A DNA stretch of 64,000 bases from NCBI RefSeq assembly GCF_902459465.1, contig NC_047076.1:9672001-9736000 (forward strand). Direction: 5' to 3'. Origin of the DNA: Asterias rubens. Lineage: Eukaryota. Numbering within the stretch: the first letter of the stretch is position 1; every line of letters begins with the position of its first letter. Made by a program: the position numbers and the translations under genes. The notes under the pieces are model-generated. The model saw only the letters and a list, made by a program, of their open reading frames with translations. It was not told where the DNA came from and made no database searches. Positions 27,101 to 39,100 of this stretch are shown piece after piece.

Positions 27101-30100
27101 CTGATAGACCTCGCCAACCATGGTACAACAATGAAAACGAAACTGGACGAAACTGGAGGAAATCAAGACTTCAGGTTCATTGGCAGCTCTATGTGGATCA
27201 GCGCAAACGTGTAAATGACATGATTGACCAGGCCATACAAGATCACTACAGGAAAGAGCTTGAGGGGGCTGACACCAAGACAGTCTTCAAGAGGGTAAAT
27301 ACTCTTTTGAAAAAACCAGTCAAGACTTTACCTGCCTATGATTCTGCAACGAATGGTGCTTAGCAACGAATTTGCTACATTCTTTGCTGGTAAAGTTGCC
27401 AAAATTATTATGGCATTGAAACAGAGCTGGCTAATTCTCATCGCTCCCTGAACCACAACAACCACGAACTCATGAACTTATCTGCACAATGTCCGAGTTT
27501 GATCATGTTACCGCAGTAGACATTCAGAAGTACATCATGAATACTCCAGCAAAATCATGTCTGCTGGATCAAATACCTACAATGGTTCATCGAGCAGAAT
27601 GTACGTATGTTCATTCCCGTCATAACTCAGATTGCTAACTGCTCTCTCAACTCCGGCACCTTCCCAGACTGATGAAGCACGCCATCATCACTCCTGTCAT
27701 CAAGAAACAATCTCTTGATCCAAATGAGCTAAAGTACTATCAACCAGTGTCCACCGTTGACCACCGCATCATGTTAAACAGGCTCGCGGACGAGATGGGA
27801 TTGGAGAGTAATGTGCTCAAATGGATTGGGTCATACCTTTCTGGAAGAACAACCAGTGTATGTATTGACGGCTCCTTGTCTCAACATCTTGATTTGGAAT
27901 ATGGCATACCACAGGGATCGATAGTTGGCCCCCAATAGTTCAACATCTACATGTACACCACTCCTTTTGGCAACATCCTGCGTAAGCACATTTGTCTGGA
28001 TTTGCCTGAGCACCTAACAGCGGCCACTCAAATCAGCTCTGTATTTGTTTGCTAATTTCTTAGTACATGTATATTGCTCATTTTGTGTTCCTATTCTTAT
28101 ACAACTGGATTTGTTACTACACCTGGAATCTTCAGGACTTTTTCTGTGTATCCTGGAGTCATCTGAATTGTGAAAACAGTGAGTCTACGTCACTCTACTT
28201 ACCTGTAGAGCAAATTACTACAATTGCATATTCCCTATACACCGCTAGGTAACACTAAGACTTTTTTACAACAAGTGCAACAGCGCCCTCCATCGCCCAG
28301 TGCACACTGCGCGAACGCCATGCGCAATCTGCGGACGGAGGGGGTCCCCCCTCCGCGTGTCTCAGTGCGCCATTCCCCATCCAGCCCCAGCGAATCTCCC
28401 TCGGTGGCCGTGGTGGGGGACGGGGTTGAGTTTGACGACCATAACCCGGCCGCTCATGCCATCAGGCTGGGCGCGCTGGCGGTTGGTCGGCAGATTGCTC
28501 ATGCCGAGCCGGCGAACTGGGGTTCCCCCGGTATCCCGCACTCGGTGGGTCCGTCCTCATCCTTGGGTTTTACCCCTTGTTCTGGGATCCCCGTGACACA
28601 ACCCGTGTCCGAAGGGACATCTGAGGTTACCCCAGCCCTCTCTTCCGTCGAGGGAAAAAGGCCAAAAAGGGGAATAGGTCACGGCGCTCTTCGAGCTCCA
28701 GTGATTCCTCCCGGGAATCCCGCAGGGGCAAACAACACCGCGGTGACTCGCTTTCACGGGCCGACTTCATGGAGGCCTTTCAAGCGCTGACCGCCACCCT
28801 GGCGGGCAGGTTGGAGCAGGGCCATGGCCCAGTGGCTCCGCCCGTTTTGTCGGCCCTTCATGGCGTGTCAGCCCGGCCGGGTTTTCCGGCCCGGGTCGAC
28901 GCACCGGTCCCGTTCGACCACCAGTGGGTGGCCTCGGGTAGCGGTATCCCTCATACCGTGAGCAGGGCCCCGGCGTCTCCGCTGTGCCACCGCTCGGTAC
29001 CGGTGCCGACGCAGACTCGTGTCCCAGCGGTATCCCTGGCCCCTGTGGGGCCACCTGTGACCACCAGGACTGTAACATCCCTGTCGGGGATCAGTTTGCA
29101 CCTGGCGTCAGAATTTTCTGATTCGGGTTCATCTATGGGCCATGATAAGAGTACTGGGCACTCGCCCGGGACGAGTCGCCCCCCTGCCGACCGGGGGGCT
29201 ACTTCCTCCAAACGTCCCTTCGCCGATAAGGCCCGTGGGAAATTGGAGGAAGTGGCTAAGAAGTTGAACTCAGCCTCCCGTTTTGGGATGTGGTCCACTT
29301 CTTTCTTGTTACTCCTTTCCGAGTATTTGGCCTTGGGCGCTGATGGCGACTCGGCGGTTCCCGCCGATCTCGTGGTCGCTGCCCTGCACTGCCTTGATGG
29401 CTTGAGGACCATCCTGGTCTTGACGCCTTGCCGCTCACAGGTCCCGATCTTTTTGCCGACCGGTGGGTCCTCGAGACACTCGAGTATGGCTACGCGCTCG
29501 AGTTCACGAGGACCCCCCCCCCCCGTCGGACATGATAATTCGGCCCACTCCGATTCCGTCCGACATGGGGAAGTGGTTGGCTCTCGAGGGGGAGGTTTCC
29601 TCCCTCCTCCAGAAACGAGCAATTTACGCCGCTCCCATGCAAGGGGCGCGGACGGGTTTCATGTCCACCTTCTGAGGTGGGCGAGTGGCGCCCCATCTTA
29701 AACCTGAAACCCCTCAACAGATTCATACGTCCGCAGTGCTTCCGTATGGAGACGCTGCGGACCATTCTCGAATCTATCGTCACACCCGCCTGGGGGGCGA
29801 GCTTGGACCTGAGGGACGCGTACCACCACGTGCCCATCAGGCCCAAGGATCGCAAATTCCTACGCTTTATGTACAACAGCGTCATGTACAAGTTTGCGAC
29901 CCTGCCCTTCGGGCTGTCCTTTTCGCCCCGAGTGTTCACCCGGGTAGTGAAGACAATCGGGGCTGCTCTACGGAGGCTCTGGGTCATGATATTCATGTTA
30001 CTCATTCACATCCCGGGGGAAGAGAATGTGACAGCCGATGCCCTCTCCAGGGGCTGGATTGCCCCGACAGAGTGGTCCTTGCTCCCTCAGGTGGCACAGA

Positions 30101-33100
30101 CCCTCTTCCGGCTGATCGATCGGCCCCAAATAGACTTGTTTGCCTCACGGGCAAACAATCAGCTGTCAACGTATTGCTCAAGGGTTCCAGACCCCAACGC
30201 ATGGCAGATCGACACCCTGTCGATTCCGTGGGAGGGCCTCCTGGCTTACGCCTTTCCGCCATTCTCGCTCATCCCCCGGGTGTTGACCAAGATAGAGACC
30301 GCCCACTGCCGGGTGCTCCTCATAGCCCCGTTCTGGCCGCGTCAGCCGTGGTTCCCTCGACTCGTGAGTCTCCTGGTCCACCGCCCGGTGGTCCTGCCTC
30401 AACGTCCGGATCTACTTTATCAACCCAGTTCCGGGATGATTCATCCGGCCCCGAGGGAACTCCACCTGACGTGCTGGGTGTTATCACCCAGTCGCTCCGC
30501 ACAGCAGGCCTTTCACGCTGGGCTGCAGAGCTTGCCGCCCAGTCGAGGCGTGCCTCCACTCGTAAGATCTACGATTGCCGACTACGCCATTTCTTTTAAT
30601 GGTGTAGACGGCGATCTATACGTCCCCCCAGTGCTTCTCTGAAGGACATAGGGGATTTTCTTCTTAACCTTTACGAGAGTGGGCTAGCGACCGCCACGGT
30701 TAAAAATTACCGGTCGGCCATTGCAGCCATTCATGAGGGCTTTCCTGATGGCTCCTCGATTTCTACCAATCGAGCGATCTGTCAGCTGGCAAGGGGCATG
30801 TTTGTATTCCAGCCTGCGGTACGCAAACTTGTCCCATCTTGGGACCTCCAGAGTGTTCTATCCACTCTAGCAGGTCCCCCATTCGAACCCCTCAGCAACG
30901 CTCCTTTGCTGCAGTTGTCAATAAAGGTTTCCTTTCTGCTGGCGGCTGCTACGTCACGCAGACGTAGCGAGCTCCACACCCTGACATTGGCACCGGGTCA
31001 CATTCGTTGGGAACCCGGTGGTATCCGGCTGGTTCCTTCCGCAGGTTTTATTACAAAGAATCAGTCTGATTCTTTTCAGCCTCCGGACATTTTCGTTCCG
31101 GACTTAAAATCCTTCTCTGCGGTCGCGGCTGACAGGCTTTTGTGCCCTGTCCGGGCGCTTAAATGGTACATAAGCCGCACCAAGCCTATCCGCTCTGGCC
31201 ATCACCAACTATTCTTGGCCTCGACAACCCCTCATCAACCGGTAACGCGGTGTACTATAGCTCGCTGGATTGTTACCGCCATCCGCTCCGTTCCGGGCGG
31301 GTGGCCGGCAGCCGAGGGCAATATTCACGCCCACAACGTACGCGGGGTGTCGTCCTCTTGGGCATTTTTTAAAGGTATACCAATAGAGGATATAACCAAG
31401 GCAGCCTGTTGGAAGAGTGCTACAACCTTCTCACAGTGCTACCTGAAGGACGTACTCCAGACTGATGGCCAGGCAGGCCGTGCAGTGTTGCAGTCGGCCT
31501 CCCGTGGGTCATCCTCCCGCTAGTCCTCTTCGCATCAAGTCTTCACCCTCGGTGAGTTCTTGTCTGTATGCCATATATTTGTGCCACTGTTTAACATTGA
31601 TAATGTTTTTTCCTTGTCCTATTGGGACGACACCCCCGGGTCGTGTGCGGACAATGTGGCCCCCATATTTTGTGTTTCTGATTTCTTGCAACAGCTGGTG
31701 CCTACTTCCGGTCGCGCCTCGTTGCCATGACGCCATAATAATTGTATAAAGATGTGCAATAGTCCTGCGTATACCCACCGCCTTCCAAAACGGTGCTAGT
31801 CTATGCAATTGTAGTAATTTGCTCTACAGGTAAGTAGAGTGACGTAGACTCCCCCCCCCCCCCCCACAGTAGTGTGGGTAGGGTCTACGAACGAATACTT
31901 ACCTGTAGAGCATCCCTCCCGCCTGCCCCACTATACTTGGTTCTTGTATACTTGTACGTATGAGTTTCCGAGAAAGAGGGCGATTGCGCATGGCGTTCGC
32001 GCCGGTGTGCACTGGGCGATGGAGGGCGCTGTTGCACTTGTTGTAAAAAAGTCTTAGTGTTACCTAGTGGCGCATAGGGAATATGCAATTGTAGTAATTT
32101 GCTCTACAGGTAAGTATTCGTTCGTAGACCCTACCCACACTACTGTGGGGGGGGGGGATTTTGTGTTGGAATTTTTGTTGAAAATTCTGGTGTATAAAAA
32201 GCTATCTCACTCTTTGGTTGCTGCCTGTGCAGTCATCCAACTAGTCCATGGACATTGTTCGTTCATCTGGGGACAATGGAGGTACAATGTAAGTATCCTT
32301 TTGATTCTCTCCCTGCTTGCTAGACCATTGTACTGTACTGACTCATCTGTGGTCAGCTTTGTTCCATCAGCATCAATTGTGCTTGGTGCTTCCATTCTAC
32401 CAAAGACACAGTTAGGTCTTATCCAGCACAGTTAGGTCTCATCACGACTGCTTGGATTCCTATGTCAGCCAATATGAGAGTACTTTCTGTGACATCTTGG
32501 ATAATTTTGCGCCTTGGAAAACAAGATCAGTCAAGGTCTGAACTGAAGTCTCCTGGGTTAATGATGACATTCGTACAGCAAGAAAGATCTGTTGTCAACT
32601 GGAGCGGAAATGGCGGAAAAATGGCAAACTGGAAATACAACGACAAGAATTTCGCAGCCAATGTAAAGTAGTCAGAAATTTTATCAACCAGGCAAAGATC
32701 GCCCATTATTCATCTCAAGTACAAGAATCCTCAGGAGATCAAAAGAAGCTCTTCAAGATAATAGGTAAGTTGTTGCTCAAACCCAAAACCCCTGTCCTTT
32801 CATCCACTAACAATGAACAGGACTTGGCAAATGAATTCCAGAAGTTCTTTGTCACCAAGATGTCAGACATCCGCTCATCATTTTCATCAGTCCCTTACAA
32901 CGTGCCGCAGACATTGCCACAACTTCAACCAGAGTGTAGACTATCCACTTGAGCCTGCCACTTGCTGAGATTCAAAAGGTTATTATGAAATCTCCTTCAA
33001 AATCCTGCGAGCTGGATCCAGTGTCAACATCAATGATGAAGCAAAACATTGATATATTTGTACCCTGCATCACTAATCTTGTCAACGAATCACTCAATTC

Positions 33101-36100
33101 CGGTTGTTTCCCCAATAGCCTCAAAGTTTCCTACATCAGACCGATCATCAAAAAACCAAACCTGGACAAGGAGGTACAGTATTCAAAAACTATAGACCAG
33201 TTGCAAACTTAAATCATCTTGGAAAAGTCATTGAGTGGGTAGTTTCATCACGCACTTCTGATCACATTCATGCTTTCACCCTGTCCGACGTGTTCCAGTC
33301 AGCATACAAGCTTTTCCATGGGACAGAAGCTGCACTAGTCCGTGTGAGCAACGATATTCTTTCTGCAATGGACAAAAAAACCTAACAGCGCTAGTCCTGC
33401 TAGACTTGAGTGCTGCTTTTGACACTGTTGATCACATCATCCTTTTCTCTCGGCTCCTAGCATGGTGCAAATCGTATCTCTACAATAGAACTCGGCATGT
33501 ATGTATTGGCACCGTGGTAGCCGACCCTGTTGTTTTGAACTACTCTGTGCCACAGGGGTCCGTACTCGCCCAAAAGTGTCTGTGGTGCCCAAAAGCATGA
33601 CCACGCTACACCATATTTACAAGATCTTCACTGACTGCCGATTAGGGAGAGGATAGCCTTCAAGATCTTGGTTTATGCGTACAAATGCTTCAACAACACA
33701 GCACCTGGCTATTTATCCTCTTGCCTGTCTCTCCATCGGCCTGGCCGTCCAAGTCTACGATAAGCATCTGCCACTACTCGCCTCATGGAACCTAACTCGA
33801 TCAAACTTCTTAAGTCAGCTTCGTCGCACATTCTCTCATTTTGCTCCACACACCTGGAATGCACTCTCCACCTCAATCAGGAAATCTGACTCTCTTTGAA
33901 CATTTAAGAAGTGTATCAAACATTCTCTGTACCCTATCTATGCGCTGCCTTCTTGACGTAGTGGCGTTATACAAATGCCCGATATGTATGTATGTTATTT
34001 GCTATCACGTGAAGGACAATCCTCCAATCAAATGGCAAATGGCAATGGCAATGCTCTTCTCTACAGTCTTCCTAACAACCAGATTTCCCGTCTTCAACGC
34101 CTCCAAAATACTGCTGCCCCCATTGTGACACTGTCTAAGAAATCCTGTTCCATCACCCCCCATTCTGAAAGAACTACACTGGCTCCCTATCGCTCAAAGA
34201 ATCATCTTCAAGCTGATGCTTATTGTCCACAAAGCACTTAATGGCAAGGCTCCCCACTATATTTCTGAACTTCTTCAAGTTTACACTCCATCAAGAAATC
34301 TTCCATCAAGTTCCATGCTTCTTCTCATTGAACCCAAGTCTCGACACTCATGGGGATACAGGTCTTTTTCTTCAGCTGCGCCACGCATCTGGAACTCTCT
34401 ACCACTTAATCTTAGATCTTGTCTTTGTACCACAACATTCAAATCTCTTCTCAAAACTTATCTTATGTGACAGGTTTTCAAGGACTAATACTGTTGTGTC
34501 TGGTTTTCTTTGTTTTGTTTTGTTTTGTTTTGTTTTGTTTGTTGCTGGTGTTTAGGCGGGAGATCGTACATTCACTGTTACAGCAGCAAAAGAGTGGAAT
34601 GAACTTCCCTCCTATATTAAATCTGCTCCATCAGTGGATGTGTTTAAGAAGGTTCTCAAAACATACCTCTTTCCTAATTGATTTTCTATTGTTGTTTTGT
34701 TTGTATACTGTTTAATATACTGCTCTTTCTATTGTAAACGCTGTGATATGGTTTTACTATGAATAGCGTACCTAAATGCAACATAGTAGTAATATTAATA
34801 ATCATGCGTTAAAGTAGAGTTGACAATTTAACTCAATATGAGTCAAGTGCATAAAGAGCATCAAATATAATATATTATATAACACCCAAGCAGATCCTTG
34901 CCATTTGATTGGAGGATTGTCCGTCACGTGATAGCAAATAAAAGTACCATTGCACGCTGAGTCACTCGCCGTGCTTGTTCGTTCCATCCGAAAAGTACCA
35001 TTCGTGCCAGCGTGCAATGGTACTTTTCGGATGGAACGAAAAAGCTGAGTAAAAACATCACTGCGTGCGCGTGTCTTTGGTAACGCAGCAGGTGTTACTG
35101 CAAGAAGGCATAGTAAAATTACTAGCATTCGGCTTCTACAGTTGAAATTGTTTGTTTTGAAAGTTGTTTCTTTCAATCAAAATGACAAAGTTCTACTTGG
35201 ATGTTATATAAAACAAATAATGAATGTTTTTCATTCGTGCAATGGTGCGAATATGTTCATTCGTTGAAAGCTGGAATGTTCCATTCAACTCGGCTCCGCC
35301 TCGTTGAATAGAACATTCCAGCTTTCAACTCATGAACATATTCGCACCATTGCACTCATAAACATTCATTATGTGTATACTAATTGCCAGTCAATTGCAT
35401 AAAGAGCATCGAATATAATATACTAATGGCCAGTCAATTGCATAAAGAGCATCGAATATAATATACTAATGGCCAGTCAATTGCATAAAGAGCATTGAAT
35501 ATAATTTACTAATAGCCAGTCAATTGCATAAAGAGCATTGAATATAATTTACTAATAGCCAGTCAATTGCATAAAGAGCATGGAATATAATATACTAATG
35601 GCCAGTCATTTGCATAAAGAGCATCGAATATAATATACACTAATGGCCAGTCATTTGCATAAAGAGCATCAAATATTATACACATAATGAATGTTTATGA
35701 GTGCAATGGTGCGAATATGTTCATGAGTTGAAAGATGGAATGTTCTACTCAACGAGGCGGATTGAAAGATACAACTTTCAAAACAAACAAAGCGTAGGCC
35801 TACAATTTTTAATTGTAGAGGCCGAATGCTAGTAATTTTACTAATATGCCTTGCAGTAACACTGCTGCGTTACCAAAGACACGGGCACGCAGTGACGATT
35901 TTACTCAGCTTTTTCGTTCCATCCGAAAAGCACCATTGCACGCTGGCAGCGTGCAATGGTACTTTTCGGATGGAACGAAAAAGCACGGTGAGTGACTCAG
36001 CGTGTATTGGTACTTTTATTTGCTATCACGTGACGGACAATCCTCCAATCAAATGGCAAGGATCTGCTTGGGTGTTATATAAAATATACTAATGGCCAGT

Positions 36101-39100
36101 CAATTGCATAAAGAGCATCAAATATTATACACATAATGAATGTTTATGAGTGCAATGGTGCGAATATGTTCATGAGTTGAAAGATGGAATGTTATATTCA
36201 ACGAGGCGGAGCCGAGTTGAATGGAACATTCCAGCTTTCAACGAATGAACATATTCGCACCATTGCACGAATGAAAAACATTCATTATTTGTTTTATATA
36301 ACATCCAAGTAGAACTTTGTCATTTTGATTGAAAGAAACAACTTTCAAAACAAACAATTTCAACTGTAGAAGCCGAATGCTAGTAATTTTACTATGCCTT
36401 CTTGCAGTAACACCTGCTGCGTTACCAAAGACACGCGCACGCAGTGATGTTTTTACTCAGCTTTTTCGTTCCATCCGAAAAGTACCATTGCACGCTGGCA
36501 GCGTGCCAGCGTGCAATGGTACTTTTCGGATGGAACGAAAAAGCACGGCGAGTGACTCAGCGTGCAATGGTACTTTTATTTGCTATCACGTGACGGACAA
36601 TCCTCCAATCAAATGGCAAGGATCTGCTTGGGTGTTATATAAAATATACTAACGGCCAGTCATTTGAATAAAGAGCATCAAATATAATATATTATATAAC
36701 ACCCAAGCAGATCCTTGCCATTTGATTGGAGGATTGTCCGTCACGTGATAGCAAATAAAAGTACCATTGCACGCTGAGTCACTCACCGTGCTTTTTCGTT
36801 CCATCCCAAAAGTACCATTGCACGCTGGCACGCTGGCAGCATGCAATGGTACTTTTCGGATGGAACGAAAAAGCTGAGTAAAAACATCACTGCGTGCGCG
36901 TGTCTTTGGTAACGCAGCAGGTGTTACTGCAAGAAGGCATAGTAAAATTACTAGCATTCGGCTTCTACAGTTGAAATTGTTTGTTTTGAAAGTTGTATCA
37001 AAATGACAAAGTTCTACTTGGATGTTATATAAAACAAACAATGAATGTTTTTCATTCGTGCAATGGTGAGAATATGTTCATTCGTTGAAAGCTGGAATGT
37101 TCCATTCAACTCGGCTCCGCCTCGTTGAATAGAACATTCCATCTTTCAACTCATGAACATATTCGCACCATTGCACTCATAAACATTCATTATGTGTATA
37201 CTAATGGCCAGTCATTTGAATAAAGAGCATCAAATATAATATACTAATGGCCAGTCATTTGCATGATTTGTGAAGATTTTATGTACATGTGTGAAATTTT
37301 TTGATAAAGAGTGTTGACCTGTTCAAACTGGACGTTGCGGAGCTCTATTTAATATTTTGTTATGTTCATAAATATTTTGTTTTGTTGGACTGATTTTTAT
37401 CTGCTTTTCACAAACCTGAACATCTTGGGTTTTTAATCAAACAAAGCACTACATTTCTAGTCTCTTTGTATTTGTTCATAATTCATGCAGGTCAAAATGG
37501 ATGAGTTGGAAGAACATAAAATAGCAACCTGGAGAGGTATGTATGAAAAGTCTTTTCCAAAATTACATTCAGTTAATGATTGTGAACTGCTTTAAAGACA
37601 CTGGACACTATTGGTAATTGTCAAACACCTGTCATCTCACTTGGTGTATCTCAACATACTCATAAAATGACAAACCTGTGAAAATTTGAGCTCAATTGTT
37701 GGTCCTCGAAGTTGCAAGATAACTATGAAAGAAAAAACACCATTTTCACACAAAGTTGTGTGCTTTCATAAACTAAATGCTTGATTTCGAGACATCAAAA
37801 TATAATTCTGAGGTCTCGAAATCGAATTCATCAAAAATTACTTCCTTCTCAAAACTATGTCACTTCAGAGGGAGTCTTTTCTCACAATGTTTAATACTAT
37901 TAACCGCTCCCCATTACTCGTTAGCAAGTAAAGTTTTATGCTAACAATTATTTTTAGTAATTACCAATAGTTTCCACTGCCTTTCAGTTACTTATCACTA
38001 TGTAAATTATGAGGCAATATCAAAGCCATGCAAAAGAAATTCAAAATTGCAAATGTAAATGAACTTAGTTTACAGAACTATGATGCTGATATATATATGG
38101 GCTGATGTATGCACATTATCAATGGCTCAGACAATATCATTGTCCATGTACTTGTGGTATTTGGTAGACAACAAACAACATAGGCTATGGTCAGATACAA
38201 TACAAAAGTTAGGACCAAACTGGTTTAGGATATTAGCTTATACATGTTCATTGAGACATCGTACACAATGCCAACCAATGCTCACACACTGCTAGTCAAG
38301 CACAAATAAATCCTGACTTTTTCCTCAAATGTCATAATTTTTTTTTATAAAGATGTCTTTAGGAGAGTTCTATTTGAATAAGGACCAACCTCCCCAGAAG
38401 GGATGGCATGTTTGTTCCAAGTTAACGTACTTGTAGTGTAAACAAATAATGTTTTGGATACAGAACCAAAAACCTATTTAACTTATTTCAGCAGATCTTC
38501 TGGTCTGCTGGAAAATTAAGAGGTTTTAAAGCCCATCATTTTCCAAACTGAATAAGGGTGGACATTTATGTACATTTCGTCCCCTTTTGTTTGCAGTTGG
38601 TCAGCGTATTATTATGCCTGGGCTTTGTTTTTCCATCATGCACTTTGCATCTGACAGTGTTGCGCTTCATTTGACCCAGATAAAGAGAGTGGCTCCATGA
38701 ACTATGGTGTGGTTCTGCTGTGTCTACTTGCAGTAGTCTTGGTTTCATTTTGACAATGATATTGTCTATAACGAAAAACACATTTTGCTCAAAACATTTA
38801 TAAAACGATCTTGCTAAAAGGCACAGAGATTTTTTTTGTATTTCATGTGGCATGATAATGCAAAGGTATATTCAATGTATTAAAAACCTGATTCTGAACC
38901 ACAGAAAATAGAGTAGAGTTAGAGAAGTGAGATCCTGGTAAGATTGTAATTCTACTCAGTGACAGTCAGGCCATGAGATCTACATGGGTATGTGAGTAAA
39001 GATTCAAAAACATATATTGAGTCTCTTCTTGAGAATGAGATCTACATGGGTATGTGAGTAAAGATTCAAAAACATATATTGAGTCTCTTCTTGAGAATGA

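Larger units (their letters stand above)
28181..32157 (+). mobile_element. DIRS1-type tyrosine-recombinase retrotransposon, internally deleted (non-autonomous)
   Basis: GC-rich 3977-bp block with inverted terminal repeats (28197-28329 and 31982-32116), an internal complementary region (31802-31912) and gag-like, RT/RNaseH/methyltransferase and YR frames in DIRS order. Confidence 0.95.

Noticed and set aside
30060-31523. Bacterial or phage integrase and Dam methylase acquired by horizontal transfer or contamination
   Set aside because: Both lie in the standard order inside a DIRS retroelement with ITRs and ICR, within an intron of a spliced animal gene.
31895-31905. U1 snRNA gene
   Set aside because: Only the first 11 nt match; the following sequence is not U1 and the motif is part of the DIRS ICR.
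34802-37041. Repeated ~100-130 aa ORFs ([10 protein letters not shown]...) as a small gene family or signal-peptide toxin
   Set aside because: They are translations of the family B body. Copies differ by frameshifting indels and the starts are non-ATG or inconsistent.
34840-37264. CRISPR array or true integron
   Set aside because: The inserts are copies of one element rather than unique spacers or gene cassettes, there are no cas or intI genes, and the context is a eukaryotic intron. The 60-, 62- and 37-bp repeats also lack spacers.
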